A model generated the notes under the pieces. The model searched no databases. It was given only the letters and a program-made list of their open reading frames with translations, and was not told the origin of the DNA. Positions 1-7,925 of a stretch of DNA of 32,000 bases are shown here, piece after piece (position 1 is the stretch's first letter; every line of letters starts with the position of its first letter). A program made the position numbers and the translations under genes. Source of the DNA: an archaeon (GTDB taxonomy: Archaea > Asgardarchaeota > Thorarchaeia > Thorarchaeales > Thorarchaeaceae); NCBI GenBank assembly GCA_024275415.1, contig JAJRZD010000012.1, positions 30,001 through 62,000 on the forward strand, read 5' to 3'.

Positions 1-1497
1 CCGCAGCTGAAAGGCACCTGCAAAGAGATCCTCGGAATCGTTGGCTGTAAGGATACCCCCCTCATAACTTGCTGATGCAAAGTACTTGCTTGTAGCAACT
101 ACCTTCCTCAGCCGAATCTCATCATCGCTAATAGCGACAGTACCATTCTCAAGACAGTAGATGGGGAACCGGAACCTTCGAGTGCTCAATGACAGGTCGC
201 GAGGCCCCTCCAACTCCAAGTGCATAAGCAATTCATGAGTACCACTGGGCAGTGATGGCGAAGCATGCGCCACAATCGTCGCCCCAGAGATGCCCTCGGG
301 CTGGACTGTGATATCCACTGATGAGGGCTGCACCTTGATCAGGTCGGTCGAGCTTTCAATAACAAGCCTTCCTGATATCGGGAAACTAGCAGAGCTGATG
401 ATGGAAAGGGGGAGTGTCGTGTCACCACCAGCAGCAATCCGACTGTGTCTTGCGACGTTTCTAATTTCGGCAGCCGGCTTGATGACGAGACCCGTACGCA
501 ACAAGGATTTTGTTCCACCGAGTTCGACCTCTGTATCAATTGTAGGAGTCCTGAGATTTCTTCTGTGGATTGGGGCATCCGAAGAAACTGTGAAGGGAAC
601 CTCCCATACCGTTTCGCTGCTCGCCTTGACGACAAGCCTTTGCTTGGTGGTCTTATCAAAATGGATTGCATCAATACTGGAGATGCTCACTCCAATCTCG
701 ATGTCATCATGTGTGTCGTTCTCTATCTTTAGGAAGTACTTCGAGGGCACACCGCAGAGAACAATGTGATCTAGTACACTACAGCGTACCGCAATCCTAG
801 CACCATCAACGATTCTGTCAATGGCCGTGATATGACGGGAGTGTTTATCGACGACGACCGATAGCACATTGTCTTCGTACATGAAACGATAGGGGAATAT
901 CTCCATGCCGTCCTCCTTGAAGTCGTCGGGTGCTTGCACGATATCGCGCTGGAGGACATCATACCATATCAGATGTTCAGGGAGTGTGTCGAAGAAAGGC
1001 TTAGTGAGAGGGTGTTCAAGGATGCCAGGAATATAGCTTTCCATCTGGACTCCATCACCGGTAGGATTCCACATCATCCCCACTTTCTTGTAGAGTGGTA
1101 CAGCCCGCATGTTCCCGGGCCATGTGTTGAGATCAACCCGAGTCTTACCATGTTGCTGAGAAATCTCGATTGCTCGCAAGAGGAGCTTCTTGCCTACTTT
1201 TTTGTTCAATGCTTCAGGGGAAACGCCAAGAGTGCCGACATATGCTGCATCATTGTCCCTCCAGTGGTGATGCAATGTGCAGGATCCTACTGGTTTGTTC
1301 GTGGCGGTGTCAATTGCGATGAGGATAGCTATGGCTGCCATCGTGCCAAATTGCTTCTTGATCCTATCCTCGTCGTAGGGGACGCCTTGAGTGTAACCTC
1401 CGGGCCAGAGGTCGTCCCAGCCATTGTACATTTCTGCAAGATCCTTTGCCAGATCGTCGGAATATTGGACTATGCGGATATCCTTCTGTTCACTCAT
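1..1497 (-). CDS. Large GNAT-family N-acetyltransferase (N-terminal GNAT plus long beta-rich C-terminal region), 3' end outside the window
   Basis: Manual translation of the minus strand from ATG at 1497 is open to position 1 (499 codons): MSEQKDIRIVQYSDDLAKDLAEMYNGWDDLWPGG...AYVGTLGVSPEALNKKVGKKLLLRAIE...VDLNTWPGNMRAVPLYKKVGM. These are GNAT motifs A and B. It is not in the ORF track because there is no stop codon in the window. Confidence 0.85.
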   Translation of the reverse strand, partial: MSEQKDIRIVQYSDDLAKDLAEMYNGWDDLWPGGYTQGVPYDEDRIKKQFGTMAAIAILIAIDTATNKPVGSCTLHHHWRDNDAAYVGTLGVSPEALNKKVGKKLLLRAIEISQQHGKTRVDLNTWPGNMRAVPLYKKVGMMWNPTGDGVQMESYIPGILEHPLTKPFFDTLPEHLIWYDVLQRDIVQAPDDFKEDGMEIFPYRFMYEDNVLSVVVDKHSRHITAIDRIVDGARIAVRCSVLDHIVLCGVPSKYFLKIENDTHDDIEIGVSISSIDAIHFDKTTKQRLVVKASSETVWEVPFTVSSDAPIHRRNLRTPTIDTEVELGGTKSLLRTGLVIKPAAEIRNVARHSRIAAGGDTTLPLSIISSASFPISGRLVIESSTDLIKVQPSSVDITVQPEGISGATIVAHASPSLPSGTHELLMHLELEGPRDLSLSTRRFRFPIYCLENGTVAISDDEIRLRKVVATSKYFASASYEGGILTANDSEDLFAGAFQLR

Positions 1498-1660
1498 GAT
1501 AGGTTGCACCATTCCCATTATCAAAGGGCTTTTGGTTCAAGCATGAACCACTGATAATGATGGATGGTCACCTGATATTACTCTTCTGAGCAAAAGTGAC
1601 CACTGCGATGGCGCTTGCAGTAAGAGTTATCCCCTGATGGTACTCTAAGTGTTCTGAGAG

Positions 1661-4063
1661 ATGACTACCAAGAGATACTATTCTGCTTGTGCGTTGAATT
1701 GCCCCGACATCTGTGCTTACGTCGTGCATGTCGAGGATGGACGAGTGGTCAGGATAGAAGGTGATGAGAAACACCCGTACACGTTGGGGCGTTGTTGTCC
1801 GAAGGGATATGCTCATGTGTTGAGAACATACTCGGAGGATAGACTGCTATATCCCATGAGAAAACAGTCAGACGGGACATTCAAGAGGGTTTCATGGAAC
1901 GAAGCATTAGACGAGATAGCAAAACGAATGAGGACAGCCAAACAAGAGCATGGTCCCATATCAGTGGGTGTCTACTCCGGCTCAGGAAACGATGGGATGG
2001 CTCCAAGGTACGCCGCACGGTTCGCTAATGTGTTCGGTTGCAGGATGATCCCAGGGATTGTCGAGATATGCTTCGAGGGAGCATACGAAGGTGCTCGGTT
2101 CAATGTGGGCGCATTCCCGCCCCACGAACTCAGTGACTGGGCGAACTCGCGTTGCATTGTCATATGGGGAACGAACAAGTTCGAGTCAAGCATTCATAGC
2201 AAGAGGGTTATCAACGAAGCAATCTCAAAGGGTGCAAAACTCATCGTTATCGACCCAAGAAAGACACCATACGCAAAGATGGCAGACATCCATACCACCA
2301 TCCGTCCTGGGACTGATGGGGCTCTTGCATTGGGGATTGCGAACGAGATTATCCGAAGAGGTCTCTACGACCACGAGTTCGTGAAGCAGCATGTCCTTGG
2401 GTTCGATGAGTACAAGAAAAGAGTATCTGAGTATTCCAAGGAGAAGGTCAGTGAGATTACATGGGTCGATGTCAACATGATAGAACGGATCGCAGTAACG
2501 TTTGCGACTCATGGTCCTGCCCTTATCACAACTGCTCCCGCAGGAATGAATCATTATACCAATGGCACATGGGCGGCTAGAGCAGTCCATAGCCTACTGG
2601 CGATTTGTGGGTATCTCGGGGTCTCAGGAGGAGGGTTCCAATACCTTTCCTCGGATAACAGCCCCTTCAATGGCAAGGCTATCACACTTGATCATCTACT
2701 TGATGAGGGTGTCAAGCCTATCGTCCCATCGGGAACTTACATCCCTGATTACGTACTGAACCATAACGACCCACCACTTGAAGTCTTGGTCATTCAGGCA
2801 GCTAGTCCGCTCACTCAATGGCCCAATACAAACAAGGCGATTGAAGCGTTAGAGAAGATTCCATTCAAGGTCTGTATCGACTTGGAGCTGACAGACACTG
2901 CAAAGTTGTGCGACATCGTCCTGCCTGCAACGTTCATCTTCGAACATCACAACCTCGTTCACAGCGAGTTACATAGGATTGTCCAGTATGCACCAAAGAT
3001 AATCGAGCCTGTAGGAGAAGCGAAAAGCGAACTGGATATCTGGAAAGGATTGGCGGAACGTCTAGGTTTCGCAGACTACTTCAAAATCACTGAGATTGAT
3101 GCAATCAAGCTGGCACTCCAATCAGAAGAATGCACACATATCACACTGGAGAGCCTGATGGAGCATCCAGAAGGGATTCGGACAAGCGCCCCTTCAATAG
3201 TCTTCGAAGACAGGAATTTTGGCACTCCTTCGGGAAAGGTCGAACTGTACTCCGAGTCATTGGAACGGTTGGGATATGACCCGCTCCCATTCCACGAAGA
3301 ACCGGCTGAGAGTCCTGTTGCGAACCCGGATGTTTTTAACGAGTTCCCTTTGATCATGATATCAGGGCGACTGCGTGAAAGGCTTCATTCTCAATATACA
3401 ACTGTCGAGGTCGGGGGCAAAGTGAAGAGCTTTGCCTATTGTACGAGCTGCCAGAAGTGCATCAAGGAGTGTCCGGATAAGGCGATAGCACTGGTTCCTC
3501 CCAGTGTGAAACAGATCTCAAAAGTTTCAGGGCAAGAGATGTCGATGGCTCCAATGCGTCAGACCCTTGGGGATTTGGTGAGAAACCTCGCTGTCAGAGT
3601 ACATAATGCCACGATTGACATACCATCAGACATCACAAGTCTACAAGTGCCGGTCTGGGACTCTAAGAAGTGTATTGGCTGTCGAGAGTGCGCTCTGGAT
3701 GTTTGTCCATACGATGTGATTGAGCCACCTATTCGAATGCCCTCAAGAAAAGAATCCGAAAAGAACCGCATGTATCTGCTGATGCACCCTGCAACGGCGG
3801 AGTTTCTTAGGCTAAAGGATGGTGATAGAGTGGATATAAAATCTCGACGAGGGCGGATAGAAAACGCACGATTACGTTTGACCAAGGACATTGACCACAG
3901 AGTCGTGTGGTCATCAGATGGCTGGTGGCATGAAGACGGCAACATCAACTTCCTGACGGATGACAAGCATACAGCCTTCGGACATACACCAGGGTTCAAT
4001 TCAGTCCTAGTCATGGTTTCAAAAGCGGAATCATTGGGAACACAGAACCCTTCCAATTCATAA
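1661..4063 (+). CDS. Molybdopterin (bis-MGD) oxidoreductase of the DMSO-reductase superfamily, MopB_3-like, with an internal 2x[4Fe-4S] ferredoxin insert
   Basis: N-terminal CALNCPDIC...GRCCPKG [4Fe-4S] motif, DRLLYPMRK, SWNEALDEIA, WGTN, LIVIDPRKT, RPGTDGALALG, DIVLPAT, GTPSGKVELYS, and a C-terminal MHPATAEFLRLKDGDRVDIKSRRG molydop-binding domain. No Tat signal. Confidence 0.92.
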   Translation: MTTKRYYSACALNCPDICAYVVHVEDGRVVRIEGDEKHPYTLGRCCPKGYAHVLRTYSEDRLLYPMRKQSDGTFKRVSWNEALDEIAKRMRTAKQEHGPISVGVYSGSGNDGMAPRYAARFANVFGCRMIPGIVEICFEGAYEGARFNVGAFPPHELSDWANSRCIVIWGTNKFESSIHSKRVINEAISKGAKLIVIDPRKTPYAKMADIHTTIRPGTDGALALGIANEIIRRGLYDHEFVKQHVLGFDEYKKRVSEYSKEKVSEITWVDVNMIERIAVTFATHGPALITTAPAGMNHYTNGTWAARAVHSLLAICGYLGVSGGGFQYLSSDNSPFNGKAITLDHLLDEGVKPIVPSGTYIPDYVLNHNDPPLEVLVIQAASPLTQWPNTNKAIEALEKIPFKVCIDLELTDTAKLCDIVLPATFIFEHHNLVHSELHRIVQYAPKIIEPVGEAKSELDIWKGLAERLGFADYFKITEIDAIKLALQSEECTHITLESLMEHPEGIRTSAPSIVFEDRNFGTPSGKVELYSESLERLGYDPLPFHEEPAESPVANPDVFNEFPLIMISGRLRERLHSQYTTVEVGGKVKSFAYCTSCQKCIKECPDKAIALVPPSVKQISKVSGQEMSMAPMRQTLGDLVRNLAVRVHNATIDIPSDITSLQVPVWDSKKCIGCRECALDVCPYDVIEPPIRMPSRKESEKNRMYLLMHPATAEFLRLKDGDRVDIKSRRGRIENARLRLTKDIDHRVVWSSDGWWHEDGNINFLTDDKHTAFGHTPGFNSVLVMVSKAESLGTQNPSNS

Positions 4064-4152
4064 CTAAGTTCAGAGGTCGGTCAGAAAAAACCTATAGGAT
4101 GGATCTCGGATAGAAAATTGCAGAGCTTCACAAGGGCACACCTAGAAACGAA

Positions 4153-4431
4153 ATGAGGTATTCTGGGAGATATAAGATGGGACATGACAGATTAGGACAC
4201 TATAGCGTCTGTGAGAAGTCATTGCAGGTGACAAAAAAGAAGGCAGAAACGGATGATGACGTTCTTGCACTCGTTGTATTCGGGAGCTATGCTAGAGGCA
4301 AGCCCTACGATGATGTAGATATGGCAGTTGTCATATGGCCCTCAAGAACCGATTCACGTTGCATCTCATTCGCTGAGAGAATGGAACGATTTTCGCCTTC
4401 GATATTATTTGTATCTGGAAGGGATTCTTGA
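4153..4431 (+). pseudogene. Truncated or degenerate minimal nucleotidyltransferase (MNT)
   Basis: VLALVVFGSYARGKPYDDVDMAVV is the GS..DxD nucleotidyltransferase motif. The C-terminal half degenerates and stops early, and there is no adjacent HEPN partner. Confidence 0.65.
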
Positions 4432-4719
4432 TGAATGAGCGACTCTTGGTTCAGATAGAAGAGGATGACCCGGCACAGGATAGGTAATCTCGTATGCCTC
4501 CTTCGGGAATCCGTAATAATCGTAGAACACGTGCAGGTTTCGTGCTCCCAGCAAGGTCGCTTCACTCTCTTCCCAATGGGCACTTGTCACGACTATTACA
4601 TCAGGTATGGTCAATTGGTCAGGAAGACGCTGCATGAACTCAATCATCATCACATGGCTTGGGTCGCCAAGTATTGACAATGGGCCACCACCATGGGAGA
4701 GGTAGACTATCTCGACCAT
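4405..4719 (-). pseudogene. 5' fragment of a LigB/DODA-type (YgiD-like) extradiol ring-cleavage dioxygenase
   Basis: MVEIVYLSHGGGPL...VVTSAHWE...YDYYGFPKEAYEITYPVPGHP matches the DODA N-terminal motifs. The ORF ends at about 105 aa, before the DHG motif (full-length members are about 260 aa). Confidence 0.8.
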
Positions 4720-4952
4720 TTCAAAAAACAAAACTCCTAGTTGACAGATTAGTCATTCGACCAGTCTTCCGAATCATTACTATTTGTCCATGTGGCAGGA
4801 GGTTATGCAATGCACTCACTTGCGGTGCTCACATCTTAGTACATTGCGACCAAGAGTTCATGCCTGCTTCAAGATTGACGACCTTGCTCAATTCACTCAG
4901 AGTCCCTTCCAATATCAGACAGGACAACTGTTACGTTCAGTGCTACCTCGAT

Positions 4953-5560
4953 TCAATTGTAGAATTCGACACCTTGGTCAATGTCGGAATGTACATTCGT
5001 GCCGTCCTTTGTCCTGCCTTCTTCGTAGGTTGTACGGGATTCCATCGGAGCAACCGAGATGATTTTCGCAATCCCATGATATTCAAGGAGTTTCCTGTTA
5101 GAGATGTCGTTCCCTTGCTCATCTTGGATAATCCATTCATGTCCAGGCTCTATTGAGTCAAATTGCCAATCTTTCAAGCACGCCTCTCGAAAAGTGTCAT
5201 CATCATCTTGAAGTATGTTCTTTGTTCTGTTCAAGTAATGTGAACTTTCAAGCACGCCTCTCGAAAAGTGTCATCATCATCACCATTGACAATGACTTCT
5301 TTGCCAGTGTAAGCATCAATAACCACCCGCTGAATCAGAGAAGGATCTCGCGCTTCAGGAACCCGTCGTCTGAACCGAAAATCATCGGATATGAGAGTAC
5401 TCTGTCCTGTTAAGAAAATCAGTAAAACTGACAGTGCCAGGCCAACTGACATCAGAAAACCAGTATATACCGGCATTGCCAATGAGATACCAGTTGTTGT
5501 CACAGCAATAACGACGATACACATGACTAGATAGCCAAAGTTTGTTTTTCTCGCTCTCAA
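4953..5560 (-). pseudogene. Two-TM membrane protein with a probable ubiquitin-like (beta-grasp) domain, frameshifted by a 74-bp insertion/duplication
   Basis: ORFs 5231-5560 and 4953-5255 both contain DDDDTFREACLK. Removing one repeat plus the spacer (74 bp) gives a 534-nt continuous frame of 177 aa. Confidence 0.7.
5171..5281 (-). repeat. Exact 37-bp direct repeat pair (5171-5207 and 5245-5281) flanking a 37-bp unique spacer (5208-5244)
   Basis: On the + strand both copies read CTTTCAAGCACGCCTCTCGAAAAGTGTCATCATCATC. The spacer is TTGAAGTATGTTCTTTGTTCTGTTCAAGTAATGTGAA. No third copy was seen nearby. Confidence 0.95.
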
Positions 5561-5634
5561 AAGGTCATAGGCCCCCTAAAGGTTTAATGAGGTTGTAATA
5601 TAGTTCCACCAAGTTTCACTGTTACTTCGTTCAC

Positions 5635-6480
5635 TTGAAAGGTTATATAATTTTCAATGCCGAGCGAGGAATAATACAATACAACGAGGGGTTATATTTG
5701 ATACACACAGCCACAGATGAGGATGTGCAAGAAGCGCTATCGATTGTGACGCAGGAGCCGCTTGAGAACATCACACTCATCGCAGACCTCACACAGCTAC
5801 GAGATTGGTGCGACATTCGAGCCTGTAGACAGGATGGCAGAATAAGGGGGATCTTTGCTCTATACCATGATCTAGACTTCCTTGCAGGAGCGTTCTGGGC
5901 TGAGAGCAGCAGTATCCTAAGTGCGCTCGTCAATGATTACGGCCAGAAATTGAAGAGAGCCCAGATGGTCTTCATCTGCACAGAGGAGCATCTCGAAACC
6001 ATCCGTCAAGTAGCCAAGAGTGTCGATGCCATCAAGGAACGACAAATGGTCATGGATTGTCACTCGCAACTAATGTGTGACAGTTCCATCCGAGCCGACC
6101 TGCTGACCTTTGAGGATACGGAGGATCTCAGGGAACTGTATCACCTCTCGGGAACCCCTGCATGGACTCCCAATGCATTGAAACTTGGGCCGTTCTTTGG
6201 GGTGCGGGATGACAGAGGAAAGGTCGTTTCGGTAGCGGGAGTGCATTTCGTCAACCAATACAGTGCAGAGATTGGGAACATCGCGACACACCCTGAACAT
6301 AGAAGGAAAGGTTATGCTCAAAGCTCGGTGGCTGCTGTGACGAAAGAATTGCTCAATGAATCAGATACAGTAGTTCTTCATTTCTTCGATGACAATATCG
6401 CAGCCCAGAAGCTCTATGAGAAAATGGGGTTCAGGTACTCGTCTGCCGACCCAATCTACTTCACTAAGGTGGAGTTCTAA
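5635..6480 (+). CDS. GNAT-family acetyltransferase (FR47-like C-terminal GNAT domain)
   Basis: AEIGNIATHPEHRRKGYAQS (motif A, R-x-x-G-x-A) and DNIAAQKLYEKMGF (motif B). The start may be the TTG at 5698. Confidence 0.88.
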   Translation: MKGYIIFNAERGIIQYNEGLYLIHTATDEDVQEALSIVTQEPLENITLIADLTQLRDWCDIRACRQDGRIRGIFALYHDLDFLAGAFWAESSSILSALVNDYGQKLKRAQMVFICTEEHLETIRQVAKSVDAIKERQMVMDCHSQLMCDSSIRADLLTFEDTEDLRELYHLSGTPAWTPNALKLGPFFGVRDDRGKVVSVAGVHFVNQYSAEIGNIATHPEHRRKGYAQSSVAAVTKELLNESDTVVLHFFDDNIAAQKLYEKMGFRYSSADPIYFTKVEF

Positions 6481-6490
6481 GGGACATCTA

Positions 6491-7774
6491 TCACATGAAC
6501 ACGAATGCGACGGCGATACAATACACTGTGATGATTACCAGATGCAGGAGTGCCAGAGGAAATACAACTTTGGTGAACTGCTTGAATGAGATTGGACGAC
6601 GCCCTTTTTCTGCTAGATCCATCGCAATCATGTTGGGAGCATCGCCAAAGGGAATCGTGTACCCACCGATGTTCGTCCCTGCGAGAAGAGCCATCGGGAC
6701 AACAGGATTCAGGTCTCCGAGTTGCAGCGCCAGAGGAGAGAGGACGGCTGCGATTGGAATGTTATCGACTACAGACAGGGCAAAGCCAGGAACCCACACC
6801 ATGAAAATGATAGCAATGAAGATGTTACCACCAGTCAGATAGCCCAGCCCGCTTGCAAGTCCATCGACTATGCCTGTGATGTTAAGTGACACGACTAGCC
6901 CAAACAGACCAATTAGGAAGAAGATGGTGTCCCATGAAAGCTGCCTGATGAAATCCTTAGCCCGTTTCTCTGAGAATACCAGCATCCCTGATGCTACTAA
7001 CAACGCAATCATCGTCACATCAATTCCAGCTCCAGGTGCGAACATGAATCCTGTCAGCAGGACAAGCATTGCAATAAGTGAAAGGTAGAAATCCCTCCTC
7101 GAATTGATCATGGTTGCAGGCGGGATAAGGAAAATGAAGTCTGACTCATGCGAGTCATCATCGACCAATGAATCTTTGAAGATATGAAGTAGGATAGGAA
7201 TGGTGATGAAGAACAGGATGAGGGCAAGGGGCATCAGGATGATGAACATCAGGCTCGCATTCACGCCAGTCCAGAGGGCAATGACCAGGTTGGGCACAGA
7301 TCCTACGATTGTTGGGATAGATGCAAAGTTGGCGACCACGACCTCAGAGATGAGCAGCGGTCGAAAGTCCATATCGATTGCCCGACAGATTTCCACTGTG
7401 AAGGTGCCCATTACGAGCATAGTAGGTAGCGGGTCGAGGAACAGGGAGATGCCAAACACGAAGCCTAGCATGGTAAGGAAGACTTTCTTTGGGTTCCCTT
7501 GCGTCCGGTGTAACAGGACTAGGGCGAGATACTGGAACATCCCCGAACTTGCTGCAACAGCAACGATGATGAGCATCGCAGCAATGAACATGATGGAGTT
7601 CCATTCTATCGCAGCAAGGAAGCTCCCGAAGCTTATCCCGTCAAGCGAAAAGAGCACTATCCCTGCGAACGACATCCCAAAGAGGGCAACTGCTGTCTCG
7701 TCAATTCGCTCTGACATTATCACGATTAGCGTGACAACAAATATGATCAGGATAAGAACCGCTGAAAGCCCCAT
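6491..7774 (-). CDS. ArsB/NhaD-family anion permease (CitMHS / P-protein-like)
   Basis: 427 aa with about 11-12 hydrophobic segments. Motifs ANFASIPTIVGSVPNLVI, VVDNIP and GTNIGGYTIPFGDAPNMIA are typical of the ArsB/NhaD superfamily. Confidence 0.88.
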   Translation of the reverse strand: MGLSAVLILIIFVVTLIVIMSERIDETAVALFGMSFAGIVLFSLDGISFGSFLAAIEWNSIMFIAAMLIIVAVAASSGMFQYLALVLLHRTQGNPKKVFLTMLGFVFGISLFLDPLPTMLVMGTFTVEICRAIDMDFRPLLISEVVVANFASIPTIVGSVPNLVIALWTGVNASLMFIILMPLALILFFITIPILLHIFKDSLVDDDSHESDFIFLIPPATMINSRRDFYLSLIAMLVLLTGFMFAPGAGIDVTMIALLVASGMLVFSEKRAKDFIRQLSWDTIFFLIGLFGLVVSLNITGIVDGLASGLGYLTGGNIFIAIIFMVWVPGFALSVVDNIPIAAVLSPLALQLGDLNPVVPMALLAGTNIGGYTIPFGDAPNMIAMDLAEKGRRPISFKQFTKVVFPLALLHLVIITVYCIAVAFVFM

Positions 7775-7925
7775 CGTTCCTCAAAACCTGAATGCTACCT
7801 CATAGACCTATAAACGTACGCGAAAGGCATTAGTCGCAGAGTGACGAAAGGACTGGTTCTTGCATGGGAACGCCATGAGGAACTTATATGTTGAAGTAGT
7901 GTTCCTGTGTTGCTGGGTACAGACG

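Noticed and set aside
290-1554. Plus-strand ORFs 290-769, 445-732 and 934-1554, and short minus-strand ORFs 339-674 and 771-962
   Set aside because: They are antisense or off-frame shadows of the GNAT gene on the minus strand (1-1497) and have no recognisable motifs.
1661-4063. Selenocysteine or pyrrolysine recoding in the molybdoenzyme or other genes
   Set aside because: The frame is uninterrupted with Cys at the putative ligand position. No in-frame TGA or TAG at a conserved position was found in any supported gene.
4659-5156. 165-aa plus-strand ORF and neighbours (4784-5062, 5153-5413)
   Set aside because: They overlap better-supported minus-strand frames and lack protein-like motifs.
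5171-5281. Calling the repeat pair a functional CRISPR array
   Set aside because: There are only two copies, no AT-rich leader and no cas genes in the window, and the repeat is native coding sequence. It is reported as a repeat and a hypothesis instead.
7200-7805. Long antisense ORFs over membrane and LRR genes (7200-7805, 6495-6842, 11507-12082, 13737-14060, 30524-30979)
   Set aside because: These are typical antisense open frames opposite genuine genes and have no independent evidence.
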